A DNA stretch of 64,000 nt, taken from contig JACPIN010000001.1 in NCBI GenBank assembly GCA_016188065.1, forward strand, positions 17,661 through 81,660, read 5' to 3'. A program made the translations under genes and the position numbers. How positions within the stretch are numbered: position 1 is the first letter of the stretch; each line of letters begins with the position of its first letter. This DNA comes from Candidatus Woesearchaeota archaeon. Lineage in GTDB: Archaea > Nanobdellota > Nanobdellia > SCGC-AAA011-G17 > ARS1403. Shown here piece after piece: positions 56,782 through 64,000 of the stretch. The notes beneath the pieces are model-generated. The model made no database searches and was not told the origin of the DNA. It saw only the letters and a list, made by a program, of their open reading frames with translations.

Positions 56782-59262
56782 TTATTCTAAATATATCGCA
56801 GGTTTCCCAGCTTTTGCTTTCGCAGCTTTCTTCTCAGGATCATATTTATTCTTGTCATTTACAGAAAATATTTTAATTTCAAGATTCGTTTTCATGGAAA
56901 TAGTTTCAATATTGTCCTTGTAAATTTTTTCTTCTTTCGGCAAAGTGTAAACAAAGCATTTCTTGACATCTTTCTTAATTAATTTAACAACATGGTTGAT
57001 GTCCTCGATAATTTTCTCAGTCTGCTCTTCCTCTTTCTCCAGGCTTTCATCAATCTTGCTTTCATCAACATCAGGCCATTCAGCGAGGCATACATACCCC
57101 TCTCCTTTCCATAGCTCCTCTGCAAGATGGGGAGCAAAACAGCTTAGCATAATCAAAATTTTTCCAAAGCTGGTTTCAAAAACTTTCAGGGATACATTTT
57201 CCTTATTGTTGTAAATAAAATTAGTAAGCTGCATTAATCTGCTGATAGCCAAATTGAATTTAAATTCTTCTATATCTAAAGCTACCTCCTTAATAGTTCT
57301 ATTTAATTTGCTTTCAAGTAATTTGTCTTTAATGCTTGATTTAACTTTTACTCTCTCTTTAAATGAATAAATTTTTCTTAAAAATCTGTAAACACCATCT
57401 ATAGCCTCATCATCCCATTCTTTATCCTTATCAGGGGCAGATAAAAACAGCAAATAAGTGCGCAGTGTGTCAGCGCCATAGTTATCAACAATGCTCATAG
57501 GATCCACTATGTTTCCCCGGCTCTTGCTCATTTTCTCCCCGCCTTTGTTTATCATGCCCTGATTAAAGAGATTTATCACAGGCTCATCAATCTTCAGCAA
57601 TCCCAAATCTCTCAAAGCCTTGGTAAAGAATCTGCAGTACAGCAAATGCATAACCGCATGCTCAGCGCCGCCAATATAATAATCAAGAGGAACCCAGTAA
57701 TCTACTTTTTTAGAATCAAAAATTTTTTTATCGTTTTTATTGTCGCAATATCTTAAGAAATACCAGCTAGAATCAATGAAGCTGTCCATTGTGTCTGTTT
57801 CTCTTCTCGCCTTTCCACTGCATTTACTGCATCGAGCATTCACAAACTTCTCATTTCTAGCCAACGGGTTCCCTTTCCCAGAAAATTTCACATCCTCAGG
57901 AAGTAAGACTGGAATCTCAGCAGGAACAGCACCGCATTTTTCACAGTAAATAATAGGTATTGGAGTGCCCCAGTATCTCTGTCTAGAAATAAGCCAATCT
58001 CTCAATTTATATTGTACCATTTTTCTTCCCAATTTTTTCTCTTCCAAGTATTTGGAAATCTCAGTAGAAGCTTCAAGGTTTTTCTTGCCGTTAAACTTTT
58101 TATCAGAGTTGACAATTATCCCTGGTTCAATATAAGCCTTCATCATTTTTTCAGGGTCTAAATCATGGTTTTCGGGTTTAATCACGATCTTTATCGGCAG
58201 CTTGTATTTCTTAGCAAATTCAAAATCTCTTTGGTCATGAGCAGGAACCGCCATCACTGCACCTGTCCCATATTCAAGTAAAACAAAATTAGCAATATAA
58301 ATAGGGACATCATCTCTATTAACAGGATTGATGGCATATTTTCCAATAAATAAGCCTTCTTTCTCTTTATCCTCGGCAGTTCTCTCAAACTTCTCTTCTA
58401 ATACAACTTTATCAATAAAGTCCTTAGTTTTTTTCTCATACATAGTTCCCTTAACAAGCTCAGTTACCAGGGGATTTTCAGGGGCTAAAACCATAAAAGT
58501 AACCCCCCATAAAGTATCAGGCCTAGTGGTAAATACTTTTAATTTTTCATTGCTTCCTTTTAGCTTGAAATCAATTTCAGTTCCCTGGCTTCTGCCGATC
58601 CAATTCTCTTGCATGAGCTTAATTCTATGTGGCCATCCATCTAATTTCTTCAAATCACTTAATAGCTCATCAGCATATTTTGTTATGCGCAAAAACCACT
58701 GCTCTAATTGCTTTATCTCGACTTTACTACGGCATCTCCAACACTCGCCGTCTTCAACCTGCTCATTGGCAAGCACAGTTCCGCAGCTATCACACCAGTT
58801 GGCAGGAGCTTTTGTTCTATAAGCCAGGCCTTTTTCAAAAAATTTCAAAAATAGCCATTGATTCCATTTGTAATATTTGACATCGCAAGTTTTAATCAGC
58901 CTATTCCAATCATAACTCAGCCCAAGCCTCTTCTGTTGATAAAGAAAATTTTGGATGCTTTTTTCAGTATATTTTCTAGGATGCACTCCTTCTTTTATCG
59001 CAGCATTTTCAGCAGGCAGGCCAAATGCATCATAGCCCATAGGATATAAAACAGAAAACCCTTTCAATCTTTTATACCTTGCAAAAACATCGCCTATAGA
59101 ATAATTAATAGCATGGCCCATATGTAAGCCGTAAGATGAAGGGTATGGAAAAAACTCAACTATGTAGCATTTTTCTTTCTTTCTATTTTCTTCAGCCTCA
59201 AATACTTTGTCTTTCTCCCATTTTTTCTGCCACTTCAATTCAATATCCCGAAACTCTTTCAT
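56782..59262 (-). CDS. leuS: leucyl-tRNA synthetase, bacterial type
   Basis: HMGH (PYPSSYGLHMGHAINYSIGD) and KMSKS (GGEKMSKSRGN). The N-terminal ~230 aa are near-collinear with bacterial LeuRS. 826 aa. Confidence 0.9.
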   Translation of the reverse strand: MKEFRDIELKWQKKWEKDKVFEAEENRKKEKCYIVEFFPYPSSYGLHMGHAINYSIGDVFARYKRLKGFSVLYPMGYDAFGLPAENAAIKEGVHPRKYTEKSIQNFLYQQKRLGLSYDWNRLIKTCDVKYYKWNQWLFLKFFEKGLAYRTKAPANWCDSCGTVLANEQVEDGECWRCRSKVEIKQLEQWFLRITKYADELLSDLKKLDGWPHRIKLMQENWIGRSQGTEIDFKLKGSNEKLKVFTTRPDTLWGVTFMVLAPENPLVTELVKGTMYEKKTKDFIDKVVLEEKFERTAEDKEKEGLFIGKYAINPVNRDDVPIYIANFVLLEYGTGAVMAVPAHDQRDFEFAKKYKLPIKIVIKPENHDLDPEKMMKAYIEPGIIVNSDKKFNGKKNLEASTEISKYLEEKKLGRKMVQYKLRDWLISRQRYWGTPIPIIYCEKCGAVPAEIPVLLPEDVKFSGKGNPLARNEKFVNARCSKCSGKARRETDTMDSFIDSSWYFLRYCDNKNDKKIFDSKKVDYWVPLDYYIGGAEHAVMHLLYCRFFTKALRDLGLLKIDEPVINLFNQGMINKGGEKMSKSRGNIVDPMSIVDNYGADTLRTYLLFLSAPDKDKEWDDEAIDGVYRFLRKIYSFKERVKVKSSIKDKLLESKLNRTIKEVALDIEEFKFNLAISRLMQLTNFIYNNKENVSLKVFETSFGKILIMLSCFAPHLAEELWKGEGYVCLAEWPDVDESKIDESLEKEEEQTEKIIEDINHVVKLIKKDVKKCFVYTLPKEEKIYKDNIETISMKTNLEIKIFSVNDKNKYDPEKKAAKAKAGKPAIYLE

Positions 59263-59337
59263 ATAATATTTCTATAAAAGATGTAATTTAAAAACTTTCG
59301 GTAATTTTAAAAACGAAATAAACAGCAGAATAAGCAT

Positions 59338-59425
59338 GGGCCCGTAGCTCAGTTTGGATAGAGCACTAGCCTTCTAAAGGTTTGATGAAAGCTAGGGGTC
59401 GCGCGTTCAAATCGCGTCGGGCCCG
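59338..59425 (+). tRNA. tRNA-Arg(TCT) with a 13-nt intron at canonical 37/38
   Basis: Acceptor GGGCCCG/CGGGCCC, D-arm GCTC-AGTTTGGATA-GAGC, anticodon stem CTAGC/GCTAG, T-arm GCGCG-TTCAAAT-CGCGT. The insert 59377-59389 has a BHB with a 3/4-bp central helix. Mature loop CTTCTAA. Confidence 0.7.
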
Positions 59426-59821
59426 AACATAAAAAGCTCAACGACTCTGAAGAAGATACCAAATTAAGATAGCTATCAAAATTATTATTATTACAAGTAC
59501 CAATGGAGTAATCCCTCTTTTATTCATAAAATTGTCTCCTCTCTAATTTCTGAATTCTTTTATCGAAATAATATATAGTAATAACTAACGCTAATATAAA
59601 TGTTATGGCCATCAACTGTTGTGACTCCTTAAATCAAATGAAATAAAATATCGAATCAGCCGCAGCAATAAAGCCTGTGCCTGTAGCCAAAGGGAGGTTT
59701 ATCAAATAGTTTCTTTCCATTAGCCATAATAGATTTAATCAGGTAATATATTTAAGGTTTCTTTTAGCAAAAACTTGCAAACAAAATTCTTTTAAACTGC
59801 TGTTGATATACTTTTTTTATA

Positions 59822-59895
59822 AGGGCAGATGCCGGAGTGGTCTAACGGGACCGCCTGCAGAGCGGTTATCCGGGGGTTCGAATCCCTCTCTGCCC
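59822..59895 (+). tRNA. tRNA-Cys(GCA)
   Basis: Acceptor GGGCAGA/TCTGCCC, anticodon stem ACCGC/GCGGT with loop CTGCAGA, T-arm GGGGG-TTCGAAT-CCCTC, and a 5-nt variable loop. Confidence 0.8.
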
Positions 59896-59907
59896 TCTCT
59901 CCTCAAT

Positions 59908-60411
59908 ATGAAAATCAAATCACTTTCAACAGCAACAATTAAACAAGCATCAGCATTAACATTAAAACTCTTCGAGCCTTCTCCAAAAGATGAAGATTAT
60001 CCGCCAAGATGGTTTTCAGCAAGCATTGATCCAAAAAAGCATTTGAATCTTTTTGAAGAATTTAAAGTGAAAAAGCTAAAATATTATGTCGCAATAGATG
60101 AAAAAACCAAGAAGATAATTGGAACAACTGGATTCTATACTTCAAGCCAAGATGAAAAGGAAGCTTATTGGTTAGGTTGGTGGTGTGTTGATGAAAAGTA
60201 CAGGAACAAAGGGGTAGGTACAAAACTGCTTGAGTTCATTATAAATAAAGCAAGGAAAGCAAAGAAAAAATTTCTCAGGGCATATACTTCAACAGATCCC
60301 CATGAATATGAAGCCCAAAAAATATATGAAAAACATGGTTTTAAAGTTTTCAAAGAAGAATCAATCCCTGAAAAGCCTTACAAAAAGTTATATCGGGAAT
60401 TAAAATTATAA
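59908..60411 (+). CDS. GNAT-family N-acetyltransferase
   Basis: Acetyl-CoA-binding region WWCVDEKYRNKGVGTKLLEF. The ORF-track start (59803) overlaps tRNA-Cys, so the M at 59908 is used here. Confidence 0.6.
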   Translation: MKIKSLSTATIKQASALTLKLFEPSPKDEDYPPRWFSASIDPKKHLNLFEEFKVKKLKYYVAIDEKTKKIIGTTGFYTSSQDEKEAYWLGWWCVDEKYRNKGVGTKLLEFIINKARKAKKKFLRAYTSTDPHEYEAQKIYEKHGFKVFKEESIPEKPYKKLYRELKL

Positions 60412-60530
60412 AAGAAAAAAATAAAAAGAAAAATAATCTAAAGCGATTATTCAAAAATTATTCGGGAATTAAAATTATAAAAGAAAAAAATAAAAAGAAA
60501 AATAATCTAAAGCGATTATTCAAAAATTAT
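60393..60530. repeat. 69-bp tandem duplication x2 spanning the GNAT stop codon
   Basis: TCGGGAATTAAAATTATAAAAGAAAAAAATAAAAAGAAAAATAATCTAAAGCGATTATTCAAAAATTAT is repeated exactly. Confidence 0.7.
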
Positions 60531-60663
60531 TTCTTTCTCTTTTTTTTAGCTGCCATGGCAACACACCTCTTTTTTAAGTTTTAAAAACTGGAAAGCATTT
60601 GATGTTTATTAAGCTTTCTAAGAAAATAAGATAATAAAAAAAAGAAAAGGAAAGAATTTATCT

Positions 60664-62679
60664 TTATTTCTTCCTGAACAAAACAGATTTTATTACAAGC
60701 AAAGCAACTACAACTAAGATAACGTCGACGATAACCCAAAAGACAGTAGTTGAGCCGTTGCCATTAAGCAAACTTCCCAGCCCAAATCCTTCCTGCTTTC
60801 CTTTGACATCGAAGTTCAATGAAGTTGTCTTTGCATCAAAATCATTTCCAGCAGCAGGTCTTACAGTGACACTTGCTGAGTATGTTCCTTCCTCAATATC
60901 TTTCAGCTTCAAGTTAAAGTAGAGGTTGTTGTCGCCAGGATGCAAGCTAACAGTCTGTGCAGTCACAGGCTCAGCCCAGTCGCCGATGGTTTTTATATCG
61001 ACAACTGCAGTCAAATCCTTATTCTCGTTGTTTGTAAATAAGATATGCAGGTTCGCACTTCCCTTTGCAGCATCAATCTCTTTTGTCTGGCTGGCAATAT
61101 TCAGGTTGGCGCTTTTTCCAGTTCCAGTAGTTGTTGTCGTTCCTTCGCTCTTAACAGTCAAAGTAACAAAGCTCTGCCCGTTGTCATAAGTGTCATCATC
61201 CTCGTCGACAGCAGCTATGTCTATCAAGTAGTCTTTTTCAGCTGCATTCGCAGGAATGTTCAGGCTGAATCTCCTTGACAAATCATCGTCAGCATCTCCT
61301 GATTTATCCAGGTCAAATTCATTTGATCTTAGATTAATTCCAAGCTCGCTGCTGCTTACCTGAATATATAAATCTCTTTGATCATTTGAGCCGGTGTTTT
61401 CAACCTCGACAGTTAGTTCAACTATTTCTCCAGGTTTGGCAATAGTAGGATTCAAAGTTGCTTTTCTGACAATGACATCATCCTTCTCTCTTTTGAAGTC
61501 AAGTGTCTTGCTCTCGAAATTGCAATTCTGATCTTCGTCGCCGTCTTCAACAGCTTTCAAAAACAGGATATACCTATCATCTTCATCACCGTCAAAGTCT
61601 CTCGGCACTTCCAAATCAAATTCAAAAGTCTCGTCGTTTCCGTCCTTGATCTCTTGAGTGTCAGATTCAAAAGTAACGATTTCCTCGTCCTCGTCTAGAT
61701 TATAGAGGATTGCTTCAAGTGCTACATCTAAATTATCATCAGCATCGTTTTCAACATCAACCTCGATTTTAATTTCATCTCCTGGCTTGAAGTCATCTCC
61801 GTTGTCAGGCTCCTTAACATTTAATTGCAAAAATGCAGTTCCTCTTGAAGCCTTATCCCCATCTTTCACAATGCCATCCTCGCAAATCTCAGGGAAAACC
61901 TTCAAGTCTAATTTGAATGAGTCTAGTGTAGTGCTCCCAAATTTAACATTCACAGTTCCGCCATAAGTGTCTAAGTCAATGCTCTCTCCATAGTTAGCAG
62001 TTGCAGTGACCGTCTTTGTCTCTCCAGCATTCACAGTTCCAGGATCGCTAAAAGTTAAAGTAATAACATGATTGCCGCTATCACTTAAATCTAAAGCAGT
62101 AGTATCAAAAACCAATGAAGATAATGCCTGGTTTCCTATATTCTTTATTTGGAAAGTCCCAGTCAAGTTAGTTTCTCCTTCTTCTCCAATTATCTCCAAA
62201 GCAGTTGCATTATCATAAGCTAAAACATCCAAAGCAGTAAGCGAATTGACTACAACGCTTAAAGTAAATGTCTTAGATACAGAAGCTCCACCTTCAGTGC
62301 CGCTGATAGTAACTGTCCCCTGATAAGTTTGGGCAGTTTGGCTGGCAGGGATTGCAACACTATTTACAATTGCTGAACTTGTAGTGCCATCAGCCAGGCT
62401 TGATATACTGGAAGGGTTGAATGAAACAGCGCTTCCAAGAATTGTTTTTGTAGCATCAGTCACACCAGTTAAAGTGCCCATAGAGAAGCTGATACCCGTA
62501 ACTGCGTCTGTATCTGCTCCAGAATCTGTATCCTGTACAGTGAAGCTCCCAGTTACCGTAGTGCCTGGATTTCCAGCAGTTGGATTCGTATTTGCCTCTT
62601 GCATTGAAGCCAAAGCACCATTAATACTCAGTAAAAGTAATGCTAATATAATACCTATAAAACTTATTTTTTTGTACAT
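60664..62679 (-). CDS. Thr/Asp-rich surface (S-layer-like) protein with C-terminal TM anchor
   Basis: Signal peptide (MYKKISFIGIILALLLLSING), long T/S/D/G-rich beta-type ectodomain, a C-terminal TM helix, then RKK. Confidence 0.4.
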   Translation of the reverse strand: MYKKISFIGIILALLLLSINGALASMQEANTNPTAGNPGTTVTGSFTVQDTDSGADTDAVTGISFSMGTLTGVTDATKTILGSAVSFNPSSISSLADGTTSSAIVNSVAIPASQTAQTYQGTVTISGTEGGASVSKTFTLSVVVNSLTALDVLAYDNATALEIIGEEGETNLTGTFQIKNIGNQALSSLVFDTTALDLSDSGNHVITLTFSDPGTVNAGETKTVTATANYGESIDLDTYGGTVNVKFGSTTLDSFKLDLKVFPEICEDGIVKDGDKASRGTAFLQLNVKEPDNGDDFKPGDEIKIEVDVENDADDNLDVALEAILYNLDEDEEIVTFESDTQEIKDGNDETFEFDLEVPRDFDGDEDDRYILFLKAVEDGDEDQNCNFESKTLDFKREKDDVIVRKATLNPTIAKPGEIVELTVEVENTGSNDQRDLYIQVSSSELGINLRSNEFDLDKSGDADDDLSRRFSLNIPANAAEKDYLIDIAAVDEDDDTYDNGQSFVTLTVKSEGTTTTTGTGKSANLNIASQTKEIDAAKGSANLHILFTNNENKDLTAVVDIKTIGDWAEPVTAQTVSLHPGDNNLYFNLKLKDIEEGTYSASVTVRPAAGNDFDAKTTSLNFDVKGKQEGFGLGSLLNGNGSTTVFWVIVDVILVVVALLVIKSVLFRKK

Positions 62680-62770
62680 TTTAAACCCCCTTAAAACTAA
62701 GTAATTATCCAAAAACTATGTTTATAAAGCTTTCGATTATACTCACTTTAAAATAACAACACTAAAACTT

Positions 62771-63337
62771 CTAAAATAAGCTCATTATCACCCCAGCAGC
62801 AACAGGTATAAGCAGATTGTCGTCGATTTTTCCATTGAATATGCTCAATTCTATTCCCTCAATCATCATAGCAATCAAGCTTCCAAAAAAAGCAACTTGC
62901 CATGAAACAAACAGGCTAGCTCCAAGTGTTCCGGCAATTACTCCAAAAAAAGTCCCTTCTAAAAACTTCTTATTGTTAAAGGGATTTTTTATTTTCCCGA
63001 AGCTTCCAAAGTGAGAAAAGCTGTCGCCAAGGGCAAGCACCATAATAGAGGCAAGTGCAATCTCTTTCCTGAACAAGCTAGCAGCAATTATGCTTCCAAG
63101 AAGATAAGTCAATACACCATAACCTAGAATGCTTTCATCTTTCCTGTCAAAATTCTTCAGCATCCAGCTTATCACAACAAGTTTATATTTTTTAGATAAA
63201 AATGAGATCCCAAACCCAATCAGCAGCAAAGCAAACATGAGCTGAATGTTTAATAAATTTTCATAGAGCAGATACACTAAAATTATTCCAAACACAGCAT
63301 GAAAAATCTGCCTTTTTAATTCTAAATACTCGCCCAT
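62771..63337 (-). CDS. CTP-dependent polyprenol (dolichol) kinase family membrane protein
   Basis: LGDSFSHFGSFGK...NKKFLEGTFFG fits the CTP_transf_1 motif GDxxAxxxGxxxGK...KTxEGxxxG of dolichol/phytol kinases. Confidence 0.45.
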   Translation of the reverse strand: MGEYLELKRQIFHAVFGIILVYLLYENLLNIQLMFALLLIGFGISFLSKKYKLVVISWMLKNFDRKDESILGYGVLTYLLGSIIAASLFRKEIALASIMVLALGDSFSHFGSFGKIKNPFNNKKFLEGTFFGVIAGTLGASLFVSWQVAFFGSLIAMMIEGIELSIFNGKIDDNLLIPVAAGVIMSLF

Positions 63338-63855
63338 CTTCTCAAAAGCAAATATAATCCAACTCCCAATAACCCCCCGCCAATAACGTCGCTTAAATAA
63401 TGAAGCCCAAGGTAAACTCTTGATAGCGCAACTAGAGCGGCAAGTGCAAAAAGCAGATATTTATATTTTTCAGATTGATCCGCAATGAATGCAAAAATAA
63501 AAAAATACACTGTCGCATGGCTGCTCGGAAAGCCGAAGCTGCTCAGCCCGCTTTCAATCGGCCTCACTTTTTGAACTAAAAACTTTAAGATAAAACTAAT
63601 AATATAGCTCAACCCCACCCCGCTGAATAGATACAAAATCTTTTTCTTATCTCTTAAGGCATAGCTGCAAGCAAGCAAGGTAATAAAAAAAAGAATCATG
63701 CTGCTTAGGGCAGTTGCAATAAAGCCTAGATTCCCATTCTCAATTCCAGAAGCAAGATTCAAAACATCCCTGTCAAAAAAGAAACTAAGAAGCATCAGCA
63801 CAAAAAATAAAGTCAGCAGCACATTACTCATCATAGCCATGGCATGAAAGAACAA
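63322..63855 (-). CDS. PAP2-family (polyprenyl-diphosphate) phosphatase
   Basis: The three PAP2 motifs are present: KFLVQKVRP, FPSSHA and SRVYLGLHYLSDV. Confidence 0.7.
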   Translation of the reverse strand: MFFHAMAMMSNVLLTLFFVLMLLSFFFDRDVLNLASGIENGNLGFIATALSSMILFFITLLACSYALRDKKKILYLFSGVGLSYIISFILKFLVQKVRPIESGLSSFGFPSSHATVYFFIFAFIADQSEKYKYLLFALAALVALSRVYLGLHYLSDVIGGGLLGVGLYLLLRRWASI

Positions 63856-64000
63856 GTACGTATTTAAATAAATGATGGTGAATAATTTCTCATGTATTAC
63901 ATTCAGTTAATCATCAGATTGCTAATTCCATTCATAGTCTCCTATAATTTCCTAGGAAAAATTTTCTATCCGTTAACAATACATTTTCCATATTATCTGT

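Noticed and set aside
59803-59907. N-terminal 35 codons of ORF 59803-60411 and of ORF 29850-30143
   Set aside because: Those extensions overlap tRNA-Cys and tRNA-Arg on the same strand. The CDSs are more plausibly started at the first ATG downstream of each tRNA.
1-64000. rRNA genes, RNase P RNA, SRP RNA or C/D-box sRNAs
   Set aside because: No GC-rich structured stretches exist apart from the three tRNAs. A UGAUGA box occurs in the 13-nt tRNA intron, but there is no D box or guide region.

Overview
This 64-kb window is AT-rich (roughly 33% GC) and gene-dense, and almost certainly comes from an archaeon, probably a reduced, DPANN-like lineage. Support for an archaeal origin: FtsZ, GatE plus an asparaginase/GatD-like gene, TFE, ribosomal protein L15e, a TrmB regulator, an archaeal prepilin-type pilin, and two intron-containing tRNAs with bulge-helix-bulge-like splice motifs. 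Several housekeeping enzymes are nevertheless bacterial-type. Housekeeping content: ftsZ, gatD-like, gatE, aspS (bacterial-type), gatC, gatA, gatB, proS, alaS, leuS (bacterial-type), prs, rpl15e, tfe, an archaeosine-type tgt, translin, an UbiB kinase, a dolichol-kinase-like gene and a PAP2 phosphatase. RNA genes: tRNA-Arg(TCG, 29-nt intron), tRNA-Arg(TCT, 13-nt intron) and tRNA-Cys(GCA). There are no rRNA genes and no CRISPR array. Accessory content is rich. There are at least seven toxin-antitoxin-like modules: two RelE/ParE pairs, two PIN (VapC) loci with AbrB-type partners, and three HEPN/nucleotidyltransferase pairs. There is an IS200-type TnpA element bounded by identical hairpins, a free-standing double-LAGLIDADG endonuclease abutting an intron-containing tRNA, and a 680-aa HTH/PD-(D/E)xK nuclease-like gene splitting gatC-gatA from gatB. 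The most striking regions are the following. An operon (24061-28936) encodes an archaeal pilin, a MopE-like Cys-rich repeat protein and a 963-aa protein with multiple dockerin-like modules. A 1815-aa secreted giant protein (47862-53309) combines a lytic transglycosylase (SLT) domain, an HExxH metalloprotease motif and a C-terminal His/Cys module, which is unexpected in a murein-less archaeon. An 80-bp direct repeat, derived from the 3' end of that giant gene, brackets a 1.8-kb two-module TA cassette. A roughly 50-bp conserved upstream element is shared by the two nuclease-like selfish genes. All calls are made from sequence reading alone, without database searches.
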